Below are positions 39,694 through 49,306 of a DNA stretch of 54,440 nt, piece by piece. This DNA is from an uncultured Eubacteriales bacterium (lineage in GTDB: Bacteria > Bacillota > Clostridia > Monoglobales > UMGS1388): positions 1 to 54,440 of the forward strand of contig URVP01000001.1 in assembly GCA_900551345.1 (NCBI GenBank), in the 5' to 3' direction. How positions within the stretch are numbered: the stretch's first letter is position 1; each line of letters begins with the position of its first letter. Made by a program: the position numbers and the translations under genes. The notes below the pieces were generated by a model. That model was not told the origin of the DNA and did not search any database. It was given only the letters and a program-made list of their open reading frames with translations.

Positions 39694-40554
39694 ATGCAGC
39701 TTGAGATTATAAAATTTATTCAGCAAATTGCAAACCCGTTTTGGGATGTTTTTTTCATTATTATTTCAGCAATGAGTGAAGAGTTTATTATTATAGCCTT
39801 GCTGGGTCTGTTGTATTGGTGCATGGATAAAAGATTAGGTTACAAAATAGGCTTTCTATATGTTCTTAATGCTCCTTTAAATTTAATTATAAAAGCTTTT
39901 GTTAATGCACCCAGGCCCATTGGAAGCGAAGGAATACGATCTATATATAAAGAAACGGCAACAGGAAGTTCATTCCCCAGCGGTCATTCTCAGCTGGGCG
40001 GAGGTTTGTTCTATTTTCTTTTTAAAAATGATAAATGTATAATACGCAGAGCTGTTTTTTTGATAATAGCAATTTTAATCCCTGTTTCAAGATTATATCT
40101 AGGTGTTCATTATCCGGTTGATGTTGTTGTCGGCTTTATATTGGGCGTTATTATGGTATATGTGTCAGGCGTTATTTTTGAAAAACTCTATGAGCGGCAT
40201 ACAGCTTGGCTTGTTTTATTTGCTTTGCCTGCTATAGTGTTCTGTATAATAGACGGAGGCAGCGACAGCTGTAAAATGGCAGGCCTTATATTAGCCTTTC
40301 TTTTTGGTATGGTTATAGAAATGAAATATATCGATTTTTCGGTGAAAGCATCATTGCCTGTTCAGATATTGAAGTATGTTTGTGGAGTGGCTTTTGTAAT
40401 TCTTCTTCGCAGCGGCATGAAATTGATTTTCCCTGATGGGGCATTGTGGGGATTTATAAGATATTTTGTAATTGGTATCTTCGTTACGATTGTTTATCCC
40501 TTGTTGATTAAAAAAATCGGCACATATGGAAAATTTTATAAAAAAAGTATGTAA
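39694..40554 (+). CDS. PAP2 family phosphatase, membrane
   Basis: 286 aa. PAP2 motifs PSGHS and SRLYLGVHYPVD. Confidence 0.8.
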   Translation: MQLEIIKFIQQIANPFWDVFFIIISAMSEEFIIIALLGLLYWCMDKRLGYKIGFLYVLNAPLNLIIKAFVNAPRPIGSEGIRSIYKETATGSSFPSGHSQLGGGLFYFLFKNDKCIIRRAVFLIIAILIPVSRLYLGVHYPVDVVVGFILGVIMVYVSGVIFEKLYERHTAWLVLFALPAIVFCIIDGGSDSCKMAGLILAFLFGMVIEMKYIDFSVKASLPVQILKYVCGVAFVILLRSGMKLIFPDGALWGFIRYFVIGIFVTIVYPLLIKKIGTYGKFYKKSM

Positions 40555-40609
40555 TTATTTATCCGAGTATAAAATTCGCGCCCTTGCAAAAACTATATCG
40601 GGTGATATT

Positions 40610-41053
40610 ATGGATATAAATTGTACAGATAAGCAATATGCACAGTATGTGAATAAAAAAATGCCCAAATCAAAATTATGGCGAAATATGTTTCACGCAT
40701 TTCTTGTAGGCGGTATAATCTGTGTTATAGGGCAATGGCTAAAAGAGGTATTTCTGGCTATGGGCTTGACAGATACGGATTCCTCAACATGGACATCCGC
40801 TGTGCTTATTTTTCTTGGAGCTTTTCTTACCGGTTTGGGAGTATATGATAAGATTGCGGTCTATGCCGGGGGCGGGACTATTGTTCCCATAACCGGTTTT
40901 GCAAATTCAGTAGTTTCTCCTGCCATGGAATTTAAAAGCGAAGGTATTGTTACAGGGCTTTGCGTTAAGATGTTTTCGGTTGCAGGCCCCGTTTTGGTGT
41001 TTGGCACGCTGATTTCGGTAGTAATAGGCATTGTTTATATGATAATAGGTTAA
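40610..41053 (+). CDS. spoVAC: stage V sporulation protein AC
   Basis: About 147 aa from the ATG at 40610. AFLVGGIICVIGQ and PITGFANS..A.EFKSEG are typical of SpoVAC. Confidence 0.88.
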   Translation: MDINCTDKQYAQYVNKKMPKSKLWRNMFHAFLVGGIICVIGQWLKEVFLAMGLTDTDSSTWTSAVLIFLGAFLTGLGVYDKIAVYAGGGTIVPITGFANSVVSPAMEFKSEGIVTGLCVKMFSVAGPVLVFGTLISVVIGIVYMIIG

Positions 41054-41061
41054 AAAAAAGA

Positions 41062-41120
41062 GGGGTAAAAAACGGTTTGAAATATTATTGAAATATTTTG
41101 GGCTGTTTTTTACCCTATTT
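41062..41120 (+). terminator. possible terminator (11-bp stem, long loop)
   Basis: GGGTAAAAAAC / GTTTTTTACCC is a perfect stem with a 31-nt loop, followed by TATTTT. Confidence 0.45.
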
Positions 41121-41145
41121 TAACGCATTTGTAAAAAATAATCTG

Positions 41146-41174
41146 TTGACTATTTGAAAGTAAGGTGATATTAT
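41146..41174 (+). promoter_or_regulatory. sigma-A type promoter for the SLH surface protein gene
   Basis: TTGACT-17 nt-TATTAT with a TGA extended -10 context. The leader is about 80 nt. Confidence 0.65.
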
Positions 41175-41258
41175 ACTTCTATAGAGTTGGGAGTCTGTAT
41201 TCAATTTTACAGAAAATATGAAAATAACTAAGATAAATAAATTAGGAGGAGACCACAA

Positions 41259-44195
41259 ATGAAATCATCAAAAAGATTAATTGCATTTGTGCTGACACTG
41301 TGCATGGTTTTGACTTCAATCTTAACCGTATCACTGCCCGTTTCTGCAGAAACGACAGAATTTTCCGATGTCAGCCAAGACGCTTCATATTATGAAGCAG
41401 TAAGAGTACTTAATACCTTTGGAATTATCCTTGGTTACCCGGACGGAACATTTCTTCCCGACAAACAAGTAACCAGAGCTGAATTCACAACTATGCTTAT
41501 TAGAGCTATGGATATGGAAGAGACAGCAAATCAGTCATATGTTGCTGCAAACATGCCTTTTGAGGATTGCACCAACGAAGGTCTTTCATATGCATTCCCC
41601 AACATTCTTTTCGCTTATAACAAAGGTATCATTAACGGAATGAGCGAAACAATTTTCGCTCCCGAGGATTCAGTTACATATGAACAGGCTGTTAAAATGG
41701 TAGTTTGCGCAGCAGGATATGGATATGTTGTTGAAACTGAAGAAGGCGGCTATCCCAACGGCTACCTTGCAAGAGCTGCAAGCATGGATATTCTTGGCAA
41801 TGTTAACGGTACTGTAGGTGCACCCGCTACAAGATGGCAGATTGCACAGCTTATATACAATGCGTTTGATGCCAACATGATGGAAAAGGTTTCAAATGAC
41901 AGCAACATTTATGTAGTCAATGATAAAAAAACATGGCTTAATTCATACCTTAAGCTGTATGAAGACAGCGGTATGGTAACTGCTGATAATGTAACAAGTA
42001 TTTCATCGAGCGCGTCTACACCTGGTGCAGGTCAGTGCTTTATTGACCTTGACACAGAAAATGAAGAGCGTACATTTAACCTTGGAACATATAATGTTTC
42101 CAACCTTATTGGTAAAAATGTTCATATTTTCTATTCATATAATGAGTCAACAGGTGAATACACAATCGAATATTTGGGCGATCTTTCAAATATGACAACA
42201 TCAATTGTGCTGGATGTTGACGATGTTATTAATTTTGAAAATATTGATATTATAAACGGCGGCACAGTTGAATACTGGAAAGACGCAGACAGTGACTATG
42301 CAAAGAAAACAAAACTTACAATTGCACCAAATGTAACTTTGGTTCTTAACGGCAAGGCATACAGCCCCACTCAAGCACAATTCAAGAATGATATGCAGAC
42401 CCTTGTAGAAGGTGAAATAGAGTTTATAACAGATAAAAATTCTGAAGATGTTACTAAAATATTTATAACAAAAGTTGACACATATGTAGCTTATTCTGCA
42501 ACCGTTAACTCAAGAGAAGGAACACTTAAGGTTGTAGATCTTTACAGAAACACGTCAGCTGAGCAGAAAAAAACATTGGAAATAGACCTTGAAGATGCTT
42601 CAAAAACTATAAACATTTATGATAAGAACGGCAAGACTATTGAAGCATCATCTATAAAGAAGTATGACACACTCAGCGTTGTTGAAAGTCAGAGCAGTGC
42701 AGGAAGAGACTTAATGAATATTTATGTTTCCGATTCATATATAAGCGGAACGGTTGATGAAGTATCTTCTGAGGGTGAAGTAACAATTAACGGCAAGGTT
42801 TATAAGATTTCCCCTTATTATATGCAGTATGCTGTTGGCAATGATGCTTCTAATGAGATTACTCTTAATACAACAGCCACTTTCTATCTTGACAGAAATG
42901 ACAAGGTAACAGCTATGAAAAAGGATACAGAATCTTACTCTTACGGATATATATATGCTTTGGGCAATGCTTCCGACAGCGCTCTTGATAATGATTCATA
43001 TATCATAAAATACATTGATCAATCCGGTACAAGACAGAGAGTGTTAATTGACTATAATCTTGAGTATGATGGCTCAAGACTTTCTCCTGCGGAAGGTCTT
43101 TACTACCTTATGGATGCTGCTTCTAAGACCAATTATGATAAGACAACTGATGAAAAAGAAGGAGTATACTCTCAGCTTATTAAATTCTCAAAGAGTGCTA
43201 CAGGCAAAATTGCTACAATAGCAACGGTTAATTCTCTTGCAAGTGAATATACTGCTGATTCACTCAGCCGTGCCAATATTGATAATGTTCAAAACGATGA
43301 CGGTTCATACGAGGCACATAAATATGCGTATTCCACATCTGCAAGCGGAAAATTTGACAATGTTATTGTAGATGCAACAACAATAGTTTTTGTAGTTGAT
43401 GATGCTCGTGAGGAGGAAAATATAAAAAAGAGCACAGTTTCAAAAGAGTTCAGTTCTGCGACAAATTATGTTGTTGAACTGTTTGATCAGCAAAAATCTT
43501 ATATTTCAAAGGTATGTGTAGTTTATAAAGATAACACACAAGAGGTTGTTACGGCCGCTACACCTGTATATATCATCGCTAAACCCGGCAACGATAAAGA
43601 AAACAACTATGGCGATATAGGTCAAGAGGCTTCTGTTTTCATTGGCAGCACAACTTTCAAATCGGATAGCGTTGTATCAGCAGATCAGGGGGCTTTCTCA
43701 GATATGGGTCAAGGTAATGTAGTTAAGCTGCTGGAAAACAATTATGGAGACATTAAGTCGGTAGAAGAGGGCAGTGAAATAATTTGGGATGTAACGACTC
43801 CTACAATGCCTGATGCTAATGAATGGATTAATGCTCCCGCAAAGTCTATTAACGGAACTTCTTACAGAACCGTTGTTGGTGTTGTTGAATCCTTTGATTT
43901 GGAGAGTGGTATAATTTCATTTATACCTTCAACTGATTTCGATTCAATTGATGAAAGCAGTAAAAGAGAAACATTTAGAATCAACACTTCAAGCTCTGAA
44001 AGCTGCGGCTTTGTAGTATATGATCCTAATGATGATAGGCAAGAATATGTTTATAGCATAGACTATGCTGATCTTGTTGATGACCTTACAACCTATGAGG
44101 ATGACCCTGAAAATGCAACAGAGGTTTTGATTCACCTTACAGGTTCAAGTACAAACCTTATTCCCAGACTTATATATATAATAAACAGACAGTAA
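41259..44195 (+). CDS. large SLH-domain cell-surface (S-layer-like) protein
   Basis: 978 aa. Signal peptide, N-terminal SLH modules (FSDV..YYEAV..GYPDGTFLPDKQVTRAEF), and a strong RBS AGGAGGAG. Confidence 0.85.
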   Translation: MKSSKRLIAFVLTLCMVLTSILTVSLPVSAETTEFSDVSQDASYYEAVRVLNTFGIILGYPDGTFLPDKQVTRAEFTTMLIRAMDMEETANQSYVAANMPFEDCTNEGLSYAFPNILFAYNKGIINGMSETIFAPEDSVTYEQAVKMVVCAAGYGYVVETEEGGYPNGYLARAASMDILGNVNGTVGAPATRWQIAQLIYNAFDANMMEKVSNDSNIYVVNDKKTWLNSYLKLYEDSGMVTADNVTSISSSASTPGAGQCFIDLDTENEERTFNLGTYNVSNLIGKNVHIFYSYNESTGEYTIEYLGDLSNMTTSIVLDVDDVINFENIDIINGGTVEYWKDADSDYAKKTKLTIAPNVTLVLNGKAYSPTQAQFKNDMQTLVEGEIEFITDKNSEDVTKIFITKVDTYVAYSATVNSREGTLKVVDLYRNTSAEQKKTLEIDLEDASKTINIYDKNGKTIEASSIKKYDTLSVVESQSSAGRDLMNIYVSDSYISGTVDEVSSEGEVTINGKVYKISPYYMQYAVGNDASNEITLNTTATFYLDRNDKVTAMKKDTESYSYGYIYALGNASDSALDNDSYIIKYIDQSGTRQRVLIDYNLEYDGSRLSPAEGLYYLMDAASKTNYDKTTDEKEGVYSQLIKFSKSATGKIATIATVNSLASEYTADSLSRANIDNVQNDDGSYEAHKYAYSTSASGKFDNVIVDATTIVFVVDDAREEENIKKSTVSKEFSSATNYVVELFDQQKSYISKVCVVYKDNTQEVVTAATPVYIIAKPGNDKENNYGDIGQEASVFIGSTTFKSDSVVSADQGAFSDMGQGNVVKLLENNYGDIKSVEEGSEIIWDVTTPTMPDANEWINAPAKSINGTSYRTVVGVVESFDLESGIISFIPSTDFDSIDESSKRETFRINTSSSESCGFVVYDPNDDRQEYVYSIDYADLVDDLTTYEDDPENATEVLIHLTGSSTNLIPRLIYIINRQ

Positions 44196-44226
44196 TTATA
44201 ACTGCATAAAAAACAAACAGAAAATG

Positions 44227-44265
44227 GCCGGCACTGCTGTCAAATGACAGCGGTGCCGACTTTTA
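44227..44265 (+). terminator. rho-independent terminator
   Basis: GCCGGCACTGCTGTCA / TGACAGCGGTGCCGAC stem followed by TTTT. Confidence 0.85.
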
Positions 44266-44336
44266 TCTGTTCGGTGGAGCTTGCCAAAATAAAAAGGTGC
44301 AGCGATATTTTGTGAAAATAATTTATTGTCTATAAC

Positions 44337-44352
44337 ATACATTGCAATGTAT
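44337..44352. repeat. perfect 16-bp palindrome, candidate operator
   Basis: ATACATTGCAATGTAT, 68 bp upstream of the permease ATG. Confidence 0.4.
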
Positions 44353-44419
44353 ATTGATATGTATTTATGAAATTATGTGATAATTTAGCAAATATTTTAA
44401 ATAATCGGTAGGAATTAAT

Positions 44420-45532
44420 ATGTATTTAATTGGAGATTTCTTTAAAAAAAATACTGTAATGGTAATAGCGCTGCTTGCAGCAGCCATAACCAGTTTTATA
44501 GTGCCGGTAGATAAAGAATACCTAAATTATTTTGACTATAAAACTCTTTCGTGCCTTTTTTGTGTTCTTGCGGTTATATGTGCATTAAGAAACATTAAGT
44601 TTTTTTATTCGTTGGCAAGGAAAGTTGTACAACTGTTTAAAAATGCTCGCCTTAGCATACTTGCACTTGTATATATAACTTTTATAGGTTCAATGCTAAT
44701 TGCAAATGATATGGCACTTCTTACCTTTTTACCGCTAGGATATTATGTTTTGGCCGCAACGGGCAAAGAAAAATATATGGATTTCACATTTATTATGCAG
44801 AACATCGCAGCAAATTTGGGCGGTATGCTTACGCCTTTCGGCAATCCTCAAAACCTGTATCTGTATTCTGTATATGAAATACCCAATTTGGAATTTATGA
44901 AAATAATGACCCCTCCGTTTGTTTTGGCTGTTGCAATTATAACGATAAGTTGTATTGTTTTTGTAAAGTCCGAACCGCTGCAACTGGATAATGAAAAAAT
45001 AGAGTTAAACCCTAAAAAAACTATTCTATATCTAATTTTGTTTGTACTGTCAATAGCTATAGTATTCAGAGGAATTCCGTACCAAATTGGATTAATTATA
45101 ATACCACTTGTTTTATTGTTCGCAGATAGAAAAGCTTTAAAAATGGTGGATTATCCTTTACTGCTTACTTTTGTATTTTTCTTTATTTTCGCAGGTAATA
45201 TGGCTAGGATAGAAGCAGTTAGGTCAATTTTTGGAGCATTGCTTGAAAAAAGCACATTGCTTTTTAGTATTATATCTTGCCAAATTATAAGTAATGTACC
45301 CTCTGCTATACTGCTTTCACAATTTACGGATAACTATGCGGATTTGCTTATCGGTGTAAATATTGGCGGTGTGGGAACTTTGATTGCTTCGCTTGCAAGT
45401 TTGATTACATTTAGGGAATATGCGGTGCATAATCCGGGGAAAATCAAACATTACATAGGTATGTTTTCGGCATACAATTTTGGATTCTTATTTATTTTAA
45501 CAGCTTTTGTGCTGCTGTTAAAAGTTTTTTAA
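44420..45532 (+). CDS. ArsB/NhaD-superfamily (YbiR-like) anion permease
   Basis: 370 aa, polytopic, with the pattern ..YFDYKTL...F..L typical of this family. Substrate unknown. Confidence 0.7.
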   Translation: MYLIGDFFKKNTVMVIALLAAAITSFIVPVDKEYLNYFDYKTLSCLFCVLAVICALRNIKFFYSLARKVVQLFKNARLSILALVYITFIGSMLIANDMALLTFLPLGYYVLAATGKEKYMDFTFIMQNIAANLGGMLTPFGNPQNLYLYSVYEIPNLEFMKIMTPPFVLAVAIITISCIVFVKSEPLQLDNEKIELNPKKTILYLILFVLSIAIVFRGIPYQIGLIIIPLVLLFADRKALKMVDYPLLLTFVFFFIFAGNMARIEAVRSIFGALLEKSTLLFSIISCQIISNVPSAILLSQFTDNYADLLIGVNIGGVGTLIASLASLITFREYAVHNPGKIKHYIGMFSAYNFGFLFILTAFVLLLKVF

Positions 45533-45565
45533 ATCATAGAATATGTTAATTTTATTAACAACTAA

Positions 45566-45593
45566 CATAAATATAAGCTGTCCTTCATACAAT
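45566..45593 (+). promoter_or_regulatory. candidate sigma-E type promoter for spoIVA
   Basis: CATAAAT-13 nt-CATACAAT resembles the mother-cell sigma-E consensus (-10 CATACA-T). spoIVA is sigma-E dependent in Bacillus subtilis. Confidence 0.45.
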
Positions 45594-45631
45594 GTACAAA
45601 AATACAGAGTAAAAAGTATGGAGGAATTTTT

Positions 45632-47107
45632 ATGGTTGAATACAGCATTTATAATGACATTTCCGAACGGACAAACGGTGATGTATACATAGGCGTTGTC
45701 GGTCCGGTAAGGACGGGCAAATCAACCTTCATTCAGCGGTTTATGGATACCGTGGTTTTGCCTAACATGGAAAATGATTATCAGCGTGAGCGAGCTGTAG
45801 ACGAGCTTCCGCAAAGTGCGCAGGGAAGAACTATTATGACTACCGAACCGAAATTTGTTCCCAATGAGGCAGTTGATGTTTCCATGGAGAATACTCATTT
45901 TAAGGTTAGGCTTATTGATTGTGTGGGATATATTGTCCCCGGTGCATCCGGGTATGCCGAAGAGGACGGACCCCGTATGGTCAAGACCCCTTGGTTTGAA
46001 GAAAATATTCCATTTGAAAAAGCGGCAGAGATTGGTACTAGGAAAGTAATATCCGAGCATTCTACAATAGGGCTTGTAATCACTACGGATGGAAGCATAA
46101 CTGAAATCCCGCGAAACGATTATATAGCGGCTGAAGAAAGAGTTGTTTCAGAGCTTTCCGAAGCAGGAAAACCCTTTGTAATTTTGCTTAATTCTACTCA
46201 GCCCCATTCCGAAAGCTGCGTTCAGCTTAGTAAACAGCTGCGCGAAAAGTATATGGTTCCGGTAATACCTACTTCTTGTGCATCGCTTGATCAGGAAGAG
46301 ATAAATCGAATAATAGAGCAGATTCTTTATGAATTCCCTCTTCAGGAACTTTGCTTCCGTATGCCTTCGTGGATAGGCTCTCTTGAAGACGAACATTGGC
46401 TCAAAATTCAGCTTATGGAAAGTATAAGGACGGCTGCTGCAGATGCTTCCAGACTTAGAGAAGCCGGTCTTGCTGCTGAAGAAGTCAGAGAAAATGAAAA
46501 TGTGGAAAACTGTGTTGTACAAAGTATTAGGCCGGGCACCGGCAGTGCGGAAATAAATATTGCTTTGGACGACGGATTGTTTTATAAGATGCTGTCGGAA
46601 AAAACAGGTGTAAAAGTAGAAAATGACAGCCAGCTTTTGTCTTTGTTTTCTGATTATGCACAGATTAAGAAAAAGTATGACAGAATAGCCAGTGCTCTTG
46701 AAGAGGTACAGCGAAAAGGATACGGAATTGTGCCGCCTGCCATCGATGAACTGACATTGGAAGAGCCGGAAATTATAAAACAGGGCAGCCGCTATGGGGT
46801 GCGTCTTCGTGCGTCAGCTCCGTCAATACATATGATACAGGCAAATATAGAAACCGAGGTAAGCCCTATTGTAGGAACTGAAAAACAGTCAGAAGAATTG
46901 GTGAAATATCTTTTGGATGAGTTTGAAGCTGACCCCATAAAGATATGGGAATCCAATATGTTCGGCAAGACACTTCATGAATTGGTTAACGAAGGATTAC
47001 ATAATAAGCTTTCAAAAATGCCTGATGAAGCCAGAATGAAAATTCAGGAAACTCTTCAGAAAATCATTAACGAGGGCAGCGGCGGACTCATATGCATAAT
47101 ACTGTAG
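45632..47107 (+). CDS. spoIVA: stage IV sporulation protein A (spore coat morphogenetic ATPase)
   Basis: 491 aa. YIGVVGPVRTGKSTFI Walker A and the conserved C-terminus ..GSGGLICIIL. Confidence 0.95.
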   Translation: MVEYSIYNDISERTNGDVYIGVVGPVRTGKSTFIQRFMDTVVLPNMENDYQRERAVDELPQSAQGRTIMTTEPKFVPNEAVDVSMENTHFKVRLIDCVGYIVPGASGYAEEDGPRMVKTPWFEENIPFEKAAEIGTRKVISEHSTIGLVITTDGSITEIPRNDYIAAEERVVSELSEAGKPFVILLNSTQPHSESCVQLSKQLREKYMVPVIPTSCASLDQEEINRIIEQILYEFPLQELCFRMPSWIGSLEDEHWLKIQLMESIRTAAADASRLREAGLAAEEVRENENVENCVVQSIRPGTGSAEINIALDDGLFYKMLSEKTGVKVENDSQLLSLFSDYAQIKKKYDRIASALEEVQRKGYGIVPPAIDELTLEEPEIIKQGSRYGVRLRASAPSIHMIQANIETEVSPIVGTEKQSEELVKYLLDEFEADPIKIWESNMFGKTLHELVNEGLHNKLSKMPDEARMKIQETLQKIINEGSGGLICIIL

Positions 47108-47141
47108 TAAAATTATGAGAAAAGCCTGGTAGATTATAATT

Positions 47142-47195
47142 AAAAACCTGCATTCTGATTAGGGATATGGTCCTAACAGAATATGCAGGTTTTTG
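47142..47195. terminator. bidirectional rho-independent terminator between spoIVA and thiD
   Basis: AAACCTGCATTCTG / CAGAATATGCAGGTTT stem flanked by A-runs and T-runs. Confidence 0.8.
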
Positions 47196-47228
47196 TGTTA
47201 ATGTGGTTTATTTTTAATCAAAATCTTT

Positions 47229-48038
47229 TTAGATTCCTGTCACTTGGTTAATACAATATGTGTGATCCAACGGTCCGGACCCTTTTCCCAGATTGAGCAT
47301 TGCCTTTAGTGCCCCTGTAAGATAATTTTTTGCATTAGCAAGGCTTTTATCCATGGGATACCCTGCTGCTAAATTACATGCAATTGCTGACGAAAGAGTG
47401 CAGCCTGTTCCATGAGTGTTGGGATTATCTACTCTCTCCGCCGTAAACCACCGGTATTCTCCGTCTTGATACAAAAGATCTGTTGCATCGTTTACGAGAT
47501 GTCCGCCTTTAATAAGAACGGCACCGCTCAGTTTTTTAGATATCTTCTCAGCAGCTTTTATCATATCTGATTCATTGCAGATTTTAAATCCGCACAAAAC
47601 CTCTGATTCAGGTATGTTAGGCGTTATAATATCAGCTATGGGTAAAAGTTTTGATACCAATGCTGAAATTGCATCATCTGAAATAAGTTTGCAGCCGCTG
47701 GTTGAAACCATAACCGGGTCAACCACTATGTTTTTTGCTTTGTAAAATAAAAGTCTTTCCGCAATTGTTTCTATTATTTCAACTGAAGAAACCATACCGA
47801 TTTTTACACTGTCAGGAAAAATATCTGTAAATATGCAATCAAGTTGTGATTTTACAAAATCCGGTGTAGCCTCCATTATGTTGGCAACACCTGTGGTATT
47901 CTGCGCAGTAAGTGCCGTTATCGCACTCATGGCATACATTTTGTGTGCTGTTATGGTTTTAATATCTGCTTGTATTCCGGCGCCTCCGCTTGAGTCGGAA
48001 CCGGCTATGGTAAGGACTTTTTTAATCAAAATATTCAC
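47229..48038 (-). CDS. thiD: hydroxymethylpyrimidine/phosphomethylpyrimidine kinase
   Basis: ..LTIAGSDSSGGAGIQADIKT.. The track ORF runs into the upstream gene. The likely start is the GTG at 48038 or the TTG at 48029, after AGGAAG. Confidence 0.88.
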   Translation of the reverse strand: MNILIKKVLTIAGSDSSGGAGIQADIKTITAHKMYAMSAITALTAQNTTGVANIMEATPDFVKSQLDCIFTDIFPDSVKIGMVSSVEIIETIAERLLFYKAKNIVVDPVMVSTSGCKLISDDAISALVSKLLPIADIITPNIPESEVLCGFKICNESDMIKAAEKISKKLSGAVLIKGGHLVNDATDLLYQDGEYRWFTAERVDNPNTHGTGCTLSSAIACNLAAGYPMDKSLANAKNYLTGALKAMLNLGKGSGPLDHTYCINQVTGI

Positions 48039-48669
48039 TCGCTTCCTTGAATGATTGTATATAAATATCTGAATTTTTTTCGAGCGTTTTACTGTCAGAT
48101 TCGGACTTATCAAATATCGCGCAGACATTAAACCCTTCTTTTTTTGCGGTATGTGCCGCATGCGAAGCATCTTCAAATACCCATACTGATGAGATATCAG
48201 TATCTAAATAAGCAAGCGCACTGCGAAATATAAACGGTTGGTCTTTTCCATGTCCTACCTCTGTACAAGTGAATATTCTTCCAAAAAAGTCCAACATCCC
48301 GTTTCTTTTGAGAGCAGCTTCAGCAAGATAACGGTCAGTAGCAGTCGCAAGGCACATTCTTACGCCTTTTTCTTGTAATGCTTTCAAAAAATCGACAGCA
48401 CCTTCCTTTGGCAAAACATCATTGATATAGAAATCTTCTGTCATTTTGTTTATATCTGACATAATTTTATCTGTGCTGTCACTTATACAATATTTTTCCT
48501 TCATATAACAGGCGGCATTGTAAAGACTCATAACTTTCAGTTCATGTTTAATGCTCATATCTGGAATGATTCCTTTTAATTTAAGGTAATCTCTACCTAT
48601 CTCTTCCCAAATATGCATGGAATCCAGCAGAGTTCCGTCAAGATCAAATATTGCTCCGTTAATCTTCAT
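48022..48669 (-). CDS. HAD-superfamily hydrolase (phosphatase)
   Basis: DLDGTLLDS motif I right after the ATG at 48669. Overlaps the thiE stop by 11 nt. Confidence 0.8.
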   Translation of the reverse strand: MKINGAIFDLDGTLLDSMHIWEEIGRDYLKLKGIIPDMSIKHELKVMSLYNAACYMKEKYCISDSTDKIMSDINKMTEDFYINDVLPKEGAVDFLKALQEKGVRMCLATATDRYLAEAALKRNGMLDFFGRIFTCTEVGHGKDQPFIFRSALAYLDTDISSVWVFEDASHAAHTAKKEGFNVCAIFDKSESDSKTLEKNSDIYIQSFKEASEYFD

Positions 48670-49306
48670 ATCCTGCCATCTCCCCTGATAATCTATATAG
48701 CTCTTCGCATGCACTTTTCACATCGTTGCTTGAAAATATGGCTGATACTACTGCAACTCCATCTGCGCCGCTGCCTTTAAGTCGGAGAATGTTGCTTTTA
48801 TTTATACCGCCTATAGCAACAACTGGAATGGATACGCTTTGAGTAATTTCTTTTAGCGTGTCAAAAGAAACTGCCTTTGCGTCCAGTTTGGTAGAAGTGC
48901 TGAAAACCGCTCCAATCCCGAGATAATCTGCTCCGTCTGCTTCCGCTTGCAGTGCCTGTTGGGGTGTTTGTGCCGATACGCCCAAAATCATTTTTTCTCC
49001 CACTAACTTGCGAGCTTCTTTTGCGTTCATATCCTTTTGACCTAAATGTACACCGTCTGCTCCGCATGCAAGTGCTATATCTATATTATCATTAATAATG
49101 AACGGTACATTATGGCTTCGGCACAGCTCTTTTATCAGTATTGCCTCAGTTAAAAAGTCTTCATAGTTTAACCCTTTTTCTCTTAACTGTATGCAAGTTA
49201 CTCCGCCTTCTAAAGCTTGCAGTACCTGACTTGCTAAAAACTCTTTGTCTGAAGAATCTCTGTTGGTTACAGCGTATAGCCGCATTACGGATCTATCTAA
49301 CTTCAT
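48659..49306 (-). CDS. thiE: thiamine-phosphate synthase
   Basis: 215 aa (..LYAVT.., ..IQLREK.., ..GADGVHLGQ.D.., ..AIGGI). Confidence 0.92.
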   Translation of the reverse strand: MKLDRSVMRLYAVTNRDSSDKEFLASQVLQALEGGVTCIQLREKGLNYEDFLTEAILIKELCRSHNVPFIINDNIDIALACGADGVHLGQKDMNAKEARKLVGEKMILGVSAQTPQQALQAEADGADYLGIGAVFSTSTKLDAKAVSFDTLKEITQSVSIPVVAIGGINKSNILRLKGSGADGVAVVSAIFSSNDVKSACEELYRLSGEMAGYED

